From a virus: DNA of 64,000 nucleotides. Numbering within the stretch: position 1 is the first letter of the stretch; the number at the start of each line of letters is the position of its first letter. The DNA is taken from IMG/VR virus record IMGVR_UViG_3300025030_000004, positions 32,001 through 96,000 of that record; one strand, given 5' to 3'. Under the pieces are notes generated by a model. It did not search any database and was not told the DNA's origin. It was given only the letters and a program-made list of their open reading frames with translations. Position numbers and translations under genes: made by a program. This document shows positions 10,091 to 21,094 of the stretch, in pieces.

Positions 10091-11193
10091 AGAAATTAAA
10101 GAAAAAATATAACGTCCATCAATTATGGTCGTGGTCTAGATATAATTGTTATAAGAATTCCATCTTTGAATTCTATCTCAAATACATTGCAAAAATTAAA
10201 GAAGATAGAGACGATGGTATCTATGGTGTAAGTGGTAATGCGTGTCATGGTATTCTTGAAAAGTTCTACTCCAAAGAGATTGCGTATGAGGATATGTTAC
10301 AGGAGTATGAAAATTCACTATTCACATTTAATGCAGGAAAACTTAAATATGATAGAACTAATGAAGAGAAAAATAATAATATAGCAAACAAATATGAATC
10401 ATGTTTAAGACACTTCTTCCAAAATCATAATGTAATTAACAAGAAAGTTGAGATAGAAAAGTTTATTATTATAAAGATTGGTAGTTTTATATTTCAGGGA
10501 TATATTGACTTCATACATAAAGAAAATGGTTATTTTATTATTACCGACTGGAAAACATCAAGTATTTACACAGGAAAAAAGATAGATAAAGAAAAAGGTC
10601 AATTAGTTTTATATGCCGAGGCTCTAATACAATTAGGAATACCTTTAGAGAAGATTAAGATAAGATGGAACTTTCTGAAATATGTAATCGTAGAAGTACA
10701 GCAAGCAAATGGTAAGACTACAGAAAGAAATATTGCAAGAAACGAGATTGGAACTAGTTTAAAATCAAATGCTAAGATGTGGTTGAATAAGGCAAAGTTT
10801 TATTCAGAGGAAGAAGTTGAATCTTATCTAGAATTATTAGTTATGACAAATGATATAAGTAGTTTACCAGAGGATATACAGACCAAGTATAAGATTAGTG
10901 ACTGTTATGTTTATATTCCGTTTACAGAAGAAGAAATAATTAAACTTAAATCAGAAATCGTTAGTGTTATTGTAGATATTAGCAAAAAAGAATGTGAATA
11001 TATGAAAACAAAAGATGAAAATGTATGGTGGGAAGAAATTACTGACGCTGAATCATATTTCTTTGCTAATTTAAGTGGATATAGTGCTAACCTACATAAG
11101 CCATATGCTGTTTATTTAGAGAATAGAAAGTCCTCTATAAATTCAGCAAAAGATAGTAAAGAGGATGATCTGTCGTGGATGGATAATCTTTAA
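10063..11193 (+). CDS. PD-(D/E)XK (RecB-like) exonuclease
   Basis: SWSR...GNACHGILE...GYIDFI...DWKTS...QLVLYA. Confidence 0.85.
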   Translation: MARKTGEELEKLKKKYNVHQLWSWSRYNCYKNSIFEFYLKYIAKIKEDRDDGIYGVSGNACHGILEKFYSKEIAYEDMLQEYENSLFTFNAGKLKYDRTNEEKNNNIANKYESCLRHFFQNHNVINKKVEIEKFIIIKIGSFIFQGYIDFIHKENGYFIITDWKTSSIYTGKKIDKEKGQLVLYAEALIQLGIPLEKIKIRWNFLKYVIVEVQQANGKTTERNIARNEIGTSLKSNAKMWLNKAKFYSEEEVESYLELLVMTNDISSLPEDIQTKYKISDCYVYIPFTEEEIIKLKSEIVSVIVDISKKECEYMKTKDENVWWEEITDAESYFFANLSGYSANLHKPYAVYLENRKSSINSAKDSKEDDLSWMDNL

Positions 11194-11208
11194 GATTAGG
11201 AGGACTGC

Positions 11209-14200
11209 ATGGATAATTATGTCGTTTATCATTCACATGAAGATACAAGTAATTGTAATGGGTTTGCGGATTCGTGCTCCCATTACAAAGAGTATATAAA
11301 ACTTGCTAAAAAACAAGGTATGAAAGCAATAGCATTCTCAAATCATGGTGGCACGTATGATTGGATAAAGAAAAAACAGGACTGCGATAAATCAGGTATT
11401 AAATACATACACGGTATTGAATCGTATTTATGCACTAAATATGAAGCAGATGAAAGAGGTTATCATATTGGTTTATATTCAAAAAATTATGATGGTGTAC
11501 TAGAGCTAAATTTGTTAAACTCTAAATCAACATCTAAGGGGAAGCTAGAAGATAAAACAGATAGACATTTTTATTATAATCCTAGAATATCATTAGAAGA
11601 CTTAATGAATACAAGTGAGAATATTATTATTACAACAGCTTGCTTGGCATCAATATTATGGAAAAAGAAAGACGATAAAGATGATTATATCCAAAGGTTC
11701 CTAGAATGGATGTCTAAAAATAAGCATAGATGTTTTCTGGAGATCCAGTACCACAAAGATATTAATCAAATAGAATATAATAAATTATTATGGGGTTGGA
11801 GTAAGGAGTACGGTATTCCTTTAATAGCAGGTACGGACACACATTCATCTTCAGATTATAAAGCTGAATGTAGAAAGATTCTTCAAATATCAAAAGATAG
11901 CTTCTATGGAGATGAAGATGCGTTTGATTTAACATGGAAAAGTTATGGCGAATTAGTTGATTGTTTTAAAAACCAAAATGCATTGCCTGAAGAAGTATGG
12001 ATGGGTGCTATAGAAAATACAAACAAACTTGCTGATATGGTTGAAGAATTTAAACTTGATAAGTCTTTTAAATATCCCAACTTATATGGTGATAATGCTT
12101 TAGATATATGGAAAAGCACCATAGCAAAAAAATTACAACATAAGAAAAAGAATAATATCCTTGATATGACCAAGATCGATGAATATAAAACAAAAATTAA
12201 AGAAGAATTCAATGCAATGAAAAAACAGAACATGGAAAGTTTCATGATGTTTATGTCTGAATTAGTAGACTATTGCAATGAGAACGACATACCATATGGT
12301 TTTTGTCGTGGGTCTGTAGGTGGTAGCGAAATTGCTTTTATCACAGATATTACTGACGTAGATCCTATTAGATGGAATACTGTCTTTTCAAGATTTTGTA
12401 ATGCAGATAGAGTTTCACTTGCAGATATTGATATAGATTTCGCCCCAGAAGACAGAGTAAAAGTTTACGAATATATTATTAATAGATTTACACCAGAAAA
12501 AACAGCGTACATATCAGTATTCTCAACACTAAGAGACAGAGGAACAATTGATGTATTAGCAAAGGGTTTGAAGTATGAAGACCTAGATGTGGTAATGAAT
12601 ATTAAAAATGAATTTGATAAGTTATTCGATGAGTATTTTAAGATAATTCAAGAAGAGGTCAACCTAGAAGAATTAGAAGAGGTAGATGCTAAGTCTGTAG
12701 ATTTTGATCATCATGAAGTTTATTGTAATAGGATAAGAAATAATAAAGCACTAACTAGAGCAAATAATTTAAAGAAAGAATTTCAAAATCTTAAAGAAAA
12801 TAATAAAGATTTATTTTATTACTTTGACGGTTTAAAAGGAACTATTGTAGCAAAAGGTACTCATCCAGCAGGTATTATAGGTTCTCCTATTACACTTGCA
12901 GACAATTTAGGCGTTTACTACAAAGATGGCGATGAATCTCACCCAGTATCAATATGTTCTATGAAAGCAGTTGACTCAGTAAACTTCGTAAAATTTGATA
13001 TATTAGGATTAAAAACCGTTGGAATAATGAAAGACGTATACAAGTCTATTGGTTCTCATTATCTCAAAGCTCATGAAATTAATTGGAATGATAGTAAGGT
13101 ATGGGATAATATGATTACTTCTAGTGTGGGAGTCTTTCAATTCGAAGGGGATTATGCATTTTCATTACTCAAAGACTTTAAACCTCGTTTTATTAATGAC
13201 ATGTCTTTGGTAAATGCTGCACTACGTCCTTCTGGAAAATCTTATAGGGATAGGTTGATTAGAAAAGAAATCAATGTAAACCCCTCCGAGCAATTAGACG
13301 AGTTGCTTAAAGACAATTATGGATATCTAGTGTATCAAGAAGATACTATTAAATTTTTAACCGATATATGTGGGTTTAATGGTGCTACTGCTGATTCCAC
13401 TAGAAGAGCCATTGGAAAAAAATTGCATGATGAATTACAAGAACAATTACCTAAAATACTTGATGGATACTGTGCAAAATCTAAAAAACCTAGAGAAATA
13501 GCAGAGGAAGAAGCAAAACAGTTTCTTCAAATTATCGATGATTCCTCGGAATATCAATTTGGATATAATCATTCCACAGGTTACAGTATGAATGGGTATG
13601 CAGAGACTAGACTTAGAACTTATTATCCATTAGAATTTGCTACTGCTTACTTAGATAGGGCTGAAAACAAAGAGGATACAAATAGAGGTGTATCATTAGC
13701 AAATCAACTGGATGCAAAAATAAATCCTATTTCATTCGGCAAATCAATTGCAAAATATACATGCGATAAAAAAGAAAACAGTATTTATAAAGGCATTGCT
13801 TCAATTAAGTATCTAAATGAACAAGCACCAAATGAGTTATATGCTTTAGCACAACAAAAAAAATATACAGATTTCATTGATTTATTAGGGGATATAAGAA
13901 ATACATCTGTTAATTCTCGTCAACTTAAAATTCTTACAGGATTAAATTTCTTTAGAGTGTTTGGTAAAAATAAAAAATTACTCAAAATTATAGAGATATA
14001 TAACAATTTTGCTTCACGTAAACAAATTAATTTTAAGGATATTAGTAAGCTTGATATTAACGAAAAAATATTGATGAAATATAGTAATAAAATAACACAA
14101 ACACTTTATAAAGAATTAGATATGATGGGGTATATTAGAGAGATAAGCAAAGACATAGAAGATAAACCATTGTCGATCAAAGAACAAGTCGCATTTGAAA

Positions 14201-14505
14201 TGGAATTTCTTGAATATACCGAATATATAAATGAGAGTGCAGGAGATAAGTTTTATATCATCATTAAGTTTGAGACCTATAAAGATAAAACAAAACCTTA
14301 TGTAACTTTAAGACAAGTAAATAGTGGGAAAGAGATGAAGACAAAAATAAAAGATGGTAAAATATTTTCCGAGAATCCGTTCCAATTATATAATGTATTA
14401 AAAGTAAATGAATTCAGACAACAGTTTAAAACCAAAAATATAGGTGGTAAATGGCAAAAAACAAATGAGATAGAAGACATTCTATTTGATTATGAGGTGT
14501 ATTAA
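11209..14505 (+). CDS. dnaE: DNA polymerase III alpha subunit (family C)
   Basis: PHP domain (HSH, SNHG, GTDTH), RGSVGGS, ADIDIDF, HPAG, KFDILGL, FGYNHS. Confidence 0.93.
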   Translation: MDNYVVYHSHEDTSNCNGFADSCSHYKEYIKLAKKQGMKAIAFSNHGGTYDWIKKKQDCDKSGIKYIHGIESYLCTKYEADERGYHIGLYSKNYDGVLELNLLNSKSTSKGKLEDKTDRHFYYNPRISLEDLMNTSENIIITTACLASILWKKKDDKDDYIQRFLEWMSKNKHRCFLEIQYHKDINQIEYNKLLWGWSKEYGIPLIAGTDTHSSSDYKAECRKILQISKDSFYGDEDAFDLTWKSYGELVDCFKNQNALPEEVWMGAIENTNKLADMVEEFKLDKSFKYPNLYGDNALDIWKSTIAKKLQHKKKNNILDMTKIDEYKTKIKEEFNAMKKQNMESFMMFMSELVDYCNENDIPYGFCRGSVGGSEIAFITDITDVDPIRWNTVFSRFCNADRVSLADIDIDFAPEDRVKVYEYIINRFTPEKTAYISVFSTLRDRGTIDVLAKGLKYEDLDVVMNIKNEFDKLFDEYFKIIQEEVNLEELEEVDAKSVDFDHHEVYCNRIRNNKALTRANNLKKEFQNLKENNKDLFYYFDGLKGTIVAKGTHPAGIIGSPITLADNLGVYYKDGDESHPVSICSMKAVDSVNFVKFDILGLKTVGIMKDVYKSIGSHYLKAHEINWNDSKVWDNMITSSVGVFQFEGDYAFSLLKDFKPRFINDMSLVNAALRPSGKSYRDRLIRKEINVNPSEQLDELLKDNYGYLVYQEDTIKFLTDICGFNGATADSTRRAIGKKLHDELQEQLPKILDGYCAKSKKPREIAEEEAKQFLQIIDDSSEYQFGYNHSTGYSMNGYAETRLRTYYPLEFATAYLDRAENKEDTNRGVSLANQLDAKINPISFGKSIAKYTCDKKENSIYKGIASIKYLNEQAPNELYALAQQKKYTDFIDLLGDIRNTSVNSRQLKILTGLNFFRVFGKNKKLLKIIEIYNNFASRKQINFKDISKLDINEKILMKYSNKITQTLYKELDMMGYIREISKDIEDKPLSIKEQVAFEMEFLEYTEYINESAGDKFYIIIKFETYKDKTKPYVTLRQVNSGKEMKTKIKDGKIFSENPFQLYNVLKVNEFRQQFKTKNIGGKWQKTNEIEDILFDYEVY

Positions 14506-16764
14506 TTGGCGAATAAAGTATTAGTAGATTTTGAGGGAGTTGTAGTTGCTAACCCATATAATACTGAGGACTATAAAATATATGGGTTAAATGTTGACTA
14601 TTTAAAGTTCCCACATATAAAACAAAACAAGTATAGCAATGTAAGTATTGTAGGTAATCTTCCTGATCTTGAGGATGGTGTAGAATACACAGTAAATGCT
14701 GAAGAGACAAGTGGTAAAAACGGAATATCTTATAAGGTGATCAACATCAAAAGAGATAAACCTAAAACGGAAGCATCAACTAGATTATTTCTACAAAGTA
14801 TTCTAGATAGTTATAGTCATGTTGATGAGATAATGCGTGAATATCCAGACATTATTGACAGAGTTCTTAATAATCGTTTAGAAGATATTGACTTGAAGAA
14901 ATTATACAATATTGGTCAATTTCGTTTTGATGTTATTAAGCGTAAAATAATTGAGAACTTTGCACTTGCGGAACTAGTTACTGAGTTTAGAGGATTCATT
15001 GAGTTCAAAGTATTAAAAGTTCTCTATGATAAATATGGTTCAGTCGATAAGATTAAAGAAAAATTACAAGAGAACCCCTACAAATGCTTATGCGGTCTCT
15101 CACGTATTGCCTTCAAAACAGCAGATAAGATACTCCTAGCTTTTAACAAAGACTGTATAGATATGAAATTGAAAGGAGAAGTCCCACCTATTGATTTTAC
15201 ATTTGATTTGCAAACATCAAGTCAGAGGCAAAAATCAGTAATCATGTTTTTACTAGAAGAGAATGAAAACAATGGTAATACTAAGATTGATATTAAAACT
15301 CTAAGAAAACAATCTGAAGCAATAGCTAAAAAATGCATTGAACACTTTGTTGATATTGTTAAGAATGATGAACATATTCATTTTGATAAGGATTCACATA
15401 CAGTATCATTAGAAGAAACATATCAGACTGAGTTATATATTGCTAATAAGATACTAGAAGGTTTAGATGTAGAGAATGAGTGGGATATTGATACTGAGCA
15501 ATATAGAAGTAATTCTGAGGTAACACTTACTGATCAACAATATCAAGTTTTACCTATGGTGTGTGACTCTAATATTTGTATTCTAAATGGTTTTGGAGGT
15601 TCCGGCAAGAGCCAAACAACTAAATCTATTATTGATATGTTGAAAGCTAATAAGAAAACATTCCTATTATTAGCACCTACAGGTAGAGCAGCAAAAGTCC
15701 TTTCCGAATTCACAAAAGAACCTGCATCTACAATACATCGTGGATTAGCATATATGCCTCCAGACTGGGGTTATAATGAGAAATATCCATTGCCTTATGA
15801 TGTTGTGATAGCAGATGAATTTTCGATGACGGATGTTTTCTTAAATAAAAGATTATTAGAAGCAATCAATTTCAACAGAACAAAACTATTAATGATAGGA
15901 GATAGTGCTCAAATACCTTCAGTTGGAGCTGGAAATGTATTCTTTGATCTAATCAATACAAATATGATACCAATTGTTTCTCTTACACAAATATTTAGAT
16001 ATGGCGAGGGAGGTATTTTAACAGTAGCAACTAAGACTAGAAATAGCGAAAGATTCTTAGAAGACTCTCAAAAACCACAAGTATTTGGAGAAGATAAAGG
16101 GTATATGTTTATACCAATGCAACAAGAAAAAGTAATTAATAATGTGATTGCTTTATATAAAAAACTCTTATTGTCTGGAAATTCAAAAGAAGATATTATG
16201 ATTCTGTCATCATATAATATTGGAGAATATGGAACAGTTAATATAAACAAACATTTACAACCTATTTCTAATCCTAATGTAGTATCTAAAGGTATTAACA
16301 TTCAAATTGGAGAAACAAAATTTTATGAAAATGATATGGTTGTTCAAACAGTAAATAATTATAAAGCAATACGATATAAAGATGATTGGATTGATGAAGA
16401 TGATAAAACGTTTATTGCTAACGGTGAAATTGGAAGAATAGTTAAAATTGAGTATGGTAAAGTCATTATTCAATTTGATGAAGTTGTGGTTTATACCAAA
16501 AGCGATCTGATTAATGTTAAACTTTCATATTCTATTTCAACACATAAGAGTCAAGGCGGTCAAGCTAAAATAGTTATACTTATTACCCCTAAAGCGCATA
16601 CCTTTATGCTTAATAGTAATCTAATTTATGTAGGACAGACAAGAGCAAAAAGTAAAGTATTCCACTTTGGGGAAATTGAAACAGTCAATAGAGCTATTAA
16701 GAAAAAAGCAGATTTTAATAGAAAAACTTATCTAAAAGAATTACTCTTAACAAACCAAAAATAA
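14506..16764 (+). CDS. recD2: RecD2-like SF1 helicase
   Basis: GFGGSGKS, APTGRAAK, DEFSM, GDSAQIPSVGAG, HKSQG, YVGQTRAK. Confidence 0.9.
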   Translation: MANKVLVDFEGVVVANPYNTEDYKIYGLNVDYLKFPHIKQNKYSNVSIVGNLPDLEDGVEYTVNAEETSGKNGISYKVINIKRDKPKTEASTRLFLQSILDSYSHVDEIMREYPDIIDRVLNNRLEDIDLKKLYNIGQFRFDVIKRKIIENFALAELVTEFRGFIEFKVLKVLYDKYGSVDKIKEKLQENPYKCLCGLSRIAFKTADKILLAFNKDCIDMKLKGEVPPIDFTFDLQTSSQRQKSVIMFLLEENENNGNTKIDIKTLRKQSEAIAKKCIEHFVDIVKNDEHIHFDKDSHTVSLEETYQTELYIANKILEGLDVENEWDIDTEQYRSNSEVTLTDQQYQVLPMVCDSNICILNGFGGSGKSQTTKSIIDMLKANKKTFLLLAPTGRAAKVLSEFTKEPASTIHRGLAYMPPDWGYNEKYPLPYDVVIADEFSMTDVFLNKRLLEAINFNRTKLLMIGDSAQIPSVGAGNVFFDLINTNMIPIVSLTQIFRYGEGGILTVATKTRNSERFLEDSQKPQVFGEDKGYMFIPMQQEKVINNVIALYKKLLLSGNSKEDIMILSSYNIGEYGTVNINKHLQPISNPNVVSKGINIQIGETKFYENDMVVQTVNNYKAIRYKDDWIDEDDKTFIANGEIGRIVKIEYGKVIIQFDEVVVYTKSDLINVKLSYSISTHKSQGGQAKIVILITPKAHTFMLNSNLIYVGQTRAKSKVFHFGEIETVNRAIKKKADFNRKTYLKELLLTNQK

Positions 16765-16770
16765 TTAATA

Positions 16771-16799
16771 TTGACTTATAGACACATCAATGCTACAAT
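16771..16799 (+). promoter_or_regulatory. sigmaA-type promoter
   Basis: TTGACT-N17-TACAAT with TG extension. Confidence 0.65.
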
Positions 16800-16986
16800 A
16801 AATACATAGAGGTCAAATTCTCAGCAAAACATAAAATACATAAAAAGAAGGCGATTATCATGTAAATCTCACAAAAATCCCAAATTTACCTCCCTCATGC
16901 TCGTTCTAGTTTCCAAATGCTCCGTTTTCCTAGCACAAAAATCAAACCAAATAAAAGATCACTTTTATTTGGATAGAAAGGATGTG

Positions 16987-17196
16987 TTGCTTCAAGATAT
17001 GAATTGGTTTACATATTGTAGAAATAAAAAATGTTCAATAAATAATGAGTGTAAGAGGTTTACAACTGATGATAAATTACCAGATGAAAATGTGATTAAT
17101 TTTAGTCATATGTGCAATGAGAAGAATGGGTATTATCTTAGGATAGAGAAAGAAAAGAGTGAATTAGTTGTGAAGGAAGAAGGTGAAAATAAATAA
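16987..17196 (+). CDS. small Cys-rich hypothetical protein
   Basis: AGAAAGGA RBS puts the start downstream of the ORF-track start. Confidence 0.6.
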   Translation: MLQDMNWFTYCRNKKCSINNECKRFTTDDKLPDENVINFSHMCNEKNGYYLRIEKEKSELVVKEEGENK

Positions 17197-17363
17197 TGGA
17201 TTATGGTAATATGGATATTCTCGACACAGCGAGAGAGCTTAGTAGATTACTAATTAAAATCTTTAATGGCAATGTTAATAAAACAGAAGTAGAGCAGATG
17301 AGGATTTTATCAAATAATTTCAGCAAAGAATGTAGTCATATTTTATATGATTGGGGCAAATAA
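17196..17363 (+). CDS. small hypothetical protein (55 aa, not in ORF track)
   Basis: TAATG overlap; MDYGNMDILDTARELS...DWGK*. Confidence 0.6.
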   Translation: MDYGNMDILDTARELSRLLIKIFNGNVNKTEVEQMRILSNNFSKECSHILYDWGK

Positions 17364-17420
17364 AAACCCAAAAAAGAAGATTTTTATCGGATATAAACAG
17401 AAAATAATTGGAGGAATAAA

Positions 17421-19457
17421 ATGAAAGTAATTAAACGAAACAAAAAGGTAGTAGATTTTGATCAATATAAAGTTACAATCGCAATTCTATCGGCTTTAAA
17501 TGAAACAAAAGAAGGTAATTATGAAATTGCTCAAAATATTTCAGACAAAGTAAAAGAACAAATAAATAATAATACTGAAGTTGAACAAATTCAAGATATT
17601 GTTGAACAAGTATTAATGAGTGAGGGGTATTTAAAAACCGCAAAAGCATATATTCTTTATCGTGAAGAACATAAACAACAAAGAGAATTTGAAGTTAATT
17701 TAATGAAAAGTATTGCTAAATTATTAAAGGAAACAGATAGAGATAATGCTAATATAGGACACTCACCAGCATCTAAGATGTATCAAATTGGTGGAACTGC
17801 ATCAAAAGCATTTTATATAAACAAATTATTACCTAAAAATTTCTCAAAATTATACATAGATGGAGACATTCATATTCATGACTTTGACTACTATGACAAA
17901 ACTTTTAACTGTTTATCTATTCCATTAGAAAGAATGTTAAAAAATCTTCCTGAATATGAATTTGAATATGGATCTGTAAGAAGTCCAAAACGCTTATCCA
18001 GCGTTATGTCTTTAGCATCAATTATTTTACAACGCATTTCAAATGATATTTTTGGTGGTACTCTTCTTCCTAATTTAGATATTACTATTCAACATCTTGT
18101 AAATGAAGGTTATATCACTCCTCCCACTGATGAAGAGTTTAAACAATCTGCACAAAGTTTACTGTATAATCTTGCTACTATGCCTACTAGAGCTGGCAAT
18201 CAGATACCTTTTTCCTCAATTACTTTTGGTCTTGAGACTGGAGAATATGGTAGAAAATTAACTATATCATTACTTGAAGAATTTAAAAAAGGAATGGGCA
18301 GGGGCGAGACATTTATTTTTCCTAATTTAATATTCAAGTGTTTAAGTGATGTTAATTTTCAAGAAACAGATCCAAACTATGATTTATATGAATTGGCTGT
18401 GGAAGTTAGTTGTGCAAGAATGAATCCTACATTTAACTTCTTAGATTGCGATTATTATAAAATTTATGATCCTAAAGAAGTTAATCCAATGGGTTGCAGA
18501 ACACATGTTATTGGTAATATAAATGGTGACCCAATTAGTGAAGGTAGAGGAAATATTTTTCCAACTACAATTAATCTTCCAAGATTGGCGTTAAAAGCAA
18601 AAGGTATTAATTTTCAAAAAGATATCAAAGACTTTTTCAAGAAGTTAGATAAAATGCTTGAAGATGTTAAAGAACTTTCAATACACCGTTATAATATTTT
18701 AGCAAATCTTAAAGCATATGATATTCCTTATGTAATTGGAGAAGGCGTATATTATAAGAGTGAAACCCTTGAATCGAAAGATAAAATCGAGTCTTCATTA
18801 AAACAAGGGACGATAGCTATTGGTTTTATTGGAATTGCAGAAGCAGTTAAAGAATTAGTAGGAACGCATCATGGGGAATCAGAAACCGCACTTCAACTAG
18901 CAATAGAAATAAATAAGCATATTAGAGAAATGTGTGAAAAATATATGAAAGAAACTGGTCTTAATTGGAGTTGTTACGCCACACCTGCTGAATCTACTTG
19001 TGGGAAAGTTATGAAAGACAGAAAAGATTTTGGAATAATAGAAGGTGTTACTGACAGGGATTATTATACAAATAGTTATCATATTCCAGTTTATTTCCCA
19101 ATATCTATAGCACGTAAAATGACAATTGAAGGATTATTCCATACATATAATAATGGTGGTAGAATTAGTTATATTGAATTATCTGCTCCTCCTATACATA
19201 ATACTGAAGGTATAAAAGAAGTACACAAACACATGGTTAAATCTAATGTTGGTTATGCAGGAATTAATTTTCCTATTGATGAATGTAAAACTTGTGGTTA
19301 TTCTGGCATTATTAAAGAATGTTGTCCTAAATGTAAAGGTACTGAAATTAAAAAGATTCGTAGGGTTAGTGGTTATTTAGGATTTTCAGAAAGGATCAAT
19401 GCCAATAAAGGAGCAGAAATTGATGATAGATTTGCTCATAATAAGGTGAGTGAATGA
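17421..19457 (+). CDS. nrdD: anaerobic (class III) ribonucleoside-triphosphate reductase with ATP cone
   Basis: VIKR ATP-cone, IHIHDFD, MGCRT, TINLPR, ATPAES, YYTNS, CxxC-CxxC, glycyl-radical RVSGYLG. Confidence 0.95.
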   Translation: MKVIKRNKKVVDFDQYKVTIAILSALNETKEGNYEIAQNISDKVKEQINNNTEVEQIQDIVEQVLMSEGYLKTAKAYILYREEHKQQREFEVNLMKSIAKLLKETDRDNANIGHSPASKMYQIGGTASKAFYINKLLPKNFSKLYIDGDIHIHDFDYYDKTFNCLSIPLERMLKNLPEYEFEYGSVRSPKRLSSVMSLASIILQRISNDIFGGTLLPNLDITIQHLVNEGYITPPTDEEFKQSAQSLLYNLATMPTRAGNQIPFSSITFGLETGEYGRKLTISLLEEFKKGMGRGETFIFPNLIFKCLSDVNFQETDPNYDLYELAVEVSCARMNPTFNFLDCDYYKIYDPKEVNPMGCRTHVIGNINGDPISEGRGNIFPTTINLPRLALKAKGINFQKDIKDFFKKLDKMLEDVKELSIHRYNILANLKAYDIPYVIGEGVYYKSETLESKDKIESSLKQGTIAIGFIGIAEAVKELVGTHHGESETALQLAIEINKHIREMCEKYMKETGLNWSCYATPAESTCGKVMKDRKDFGIIEGVTDRDYYTNSYHIPVYFPISIARKMTIEGLFHTYNNGGRISYIELSAPPIHNTEGIKEVHKHMVKSNVGYAGINFPIDECKTCGYSGIIKECCPKCKGTEIKKIRRVSGYLGFSERINANKGAEIDDRFAHNKVSE

Positions 19458-19939
19458 TTGAAATTGCAGGAATACGCAAAGAAAGTCTTGAAGATGGGAA
19501 AGGGATAAGAACTGTCATATATTTTCAAGGATGCAAGCATAAGTGTTCAAACTGTCAAAATCCTCATACTTGGGAATGGGGTGAAGGACAATTGGTTTCT
19601 ATGCAATATTTACTCAATATTGTTAAAAACGACACATTATCAAAAGGAGTTACATTCTCTGGTGGATGTCCAATGTGTAATGCTAAATCACTTATTCCAT
19701 TGGCTAAAAAATTAAAAGAGTTAGGTTATAGTATTTGGGCGTATTGTGGTGAAACAATAGAAGACTTAAATGGTGATCAATTAGATTTACTTCAGTATAT
19801 TGACGTTCTAATAGATGGCAGATATGAAGATAAATTGAGAGATGACACTTTAGCCTTTAGAGGAAGTTCTAATCAAAGGATTATTAATGTTAAAGAAAGC
19901 ATAAGACAAAATAAGGTTATTGGATTATTAATGGGTTAA
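19454..19939 (+). CDS. nrdG: class III RNR activase (radical SAM)
   Basis: DGKGIR, CxxxCxxC, DVLIDG, FRGSSNQ. Confidence 0.95.
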   Translation: MIEIAGIRKESLEDGKGIRTVIYFQGCKHKCSNCQNPHTWEWGEGQLVSMQYLLNIVKNDTLSKGVTFSGGCPMCNAKSLIPLAKKLKELGYSIWAYCGETIEDLNGDQLDLLQYIDVLIDGRYEDKLRDDTLAFRGSSNQRIINVKESIRQNKVIGLLMG

Positions 19940-19963
19940 AAATAATAAAAGTGAGGTAAATAA

Positions 19964-20395
19964 ATGAATATTAAAATAAAATACCATTCCAAGGACATTG
20001 ATAAAATTACAAATATTGAAGGGAAATCAGATTGGTATGACCTAAGATCAGCAGAGGATGTCACGCTAAAAGCAGGAGAATTTAAACTAATCTCTCTTGG
20101 AGTGTCAATGGAATTACCTGAAGGATATGAAGCATATGTAATTCCACGTTCAAGCACATATAAAACATTTGGAATCATTCAAACAAATCATTTGGGATTA
20201 ATTGATGAAATTTATAAAGGCAACAATGATATTTGGAAATATCCTGCACTTGCAATGAGAGATACTGAAATTAAGGTTAATGACCGCATTTGTCAATTTA
20301 GGATTCAAAAGAAAATGCCTGTAGTTACATTTAATGAAGTTGATAATTTAGAGAGTGAAGATCGTGGAGGATTTGGGAGTACGGGTAGAAGATGA
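19964..20395 (+). CDS. dut: trimeric dUTPase
   Basis: [28 protein letters not shown]. Confidence 0.93.
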   Translation: MNIKIKYHSKDIDKITNIEGKSDWYDLRSAEDVTLKAGEFKLISLGVSMELPEGYEAYVIPRSSTYKTFGIIQTNHLGLIDEIYKGNNDIWKYPALAMRDTEIKVNDRICQFRIQKKMPVVTFNEVDNLESEDRGGFGSTGRR

Positions 20396-20680
20396 GTAAG
20401 GTTATTGATTTAACTAATAGAAATTTTGGTAAATTAACAGTCATAAAACAATTTACTGAAAGAAGTAAAAATAACTACATTCAGTGGGTGTGCATTTGCG
20501 AATGTACACCCACCATAGAAAGAGTGATTATTGGCAAATATCTATAATGATTCTTGTCCTCATTATAGTCCATATGATTATCATAAAGGAGACCAATGGT
20601 TAATGGATGTATTTGACGTTGATAAAGATGCTCCAAGGACATATGCAATGACTGATATTTTAGAGTTTATTAAAGAATAA
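20392..20680 (+). pseudogene. fused remnants: N-terminus of an HNH/AP2-type homing endonuclease plus C-terminus of another small gene
   Basis: [19 protein letters not shown]...WVCICEC stops at 20547; a different frame gives YHKGDQWLMDVFDVDKDAPRTYAMTDI...* with no start. Confidence 0.6.
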
Positions 20681-20698
20681 GGAAATGAGGTGAACTAA

Positions 20699-20797
20699 AT
20701 GTTTTGGTTAGGCGCTTTAACTGCGACTGTAATATTAATCGGCATAGTGGTTTATGCTTATAAAACTGTTAAGAAATTTATGGAAAAGTTACAGTAG
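20699..20797 (+). CDS. single-TM small protein (32 aa)
   Basis: GAGGTG RBS; MFWLGALTATVILIGIVVYAYK... Confidence 0.6.
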   Translation: MFWLGALTATVILIGIVVYAYKTVKKFMEKLQ

Positions 20798-20812
20798 AAA
20801 AGAGAAATAAAT

Positions 20813-21079
20813 ATGAAGAAAATCTATTATTACCTAAGTAAGAAATTTTATGATTGGAATTATGCTTGTAGTTGTGGATGTTGCGATGTTGACGAAGTAA
20901 CTATGGATAAAATTGATTATTTAGTATGCGAATATAAAGAAATATGTATTAATTGTGGTCGAGAGGTTGGATACTGGGCATATGGAAGTTATACCTATCC
21001 TAGAAGTAAAACAGAAGAACTGCAATATAGATGGTTATATTATAAACAAAGATTAAAGAGTAAATTTGGGTTAAATTGA
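20813..21079 (+). CDS. Cys-rich hypothetical protein
   Basis: CxxC motifs, GYWAYG. Confidence 0.65.
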   Translation: MKKIYYYLSKKFYDWNYACSCGCCDVDEVTMDKIDYLVCEYKEICINCGREVGYWAYGSYTYPRSKTEELQYRWLYYKQRLKSKFGLN

Positions 21080-21094
21080 TAGTTTCATAGGTTA

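Noticed and set aside
11209-19457. Inteins or group I introns in dnaE, recD2 or nrdD
   Set aside because: ORFs are uninterrupted and of normal length, with no intein terminal motifs or endonuclease inserts seen.
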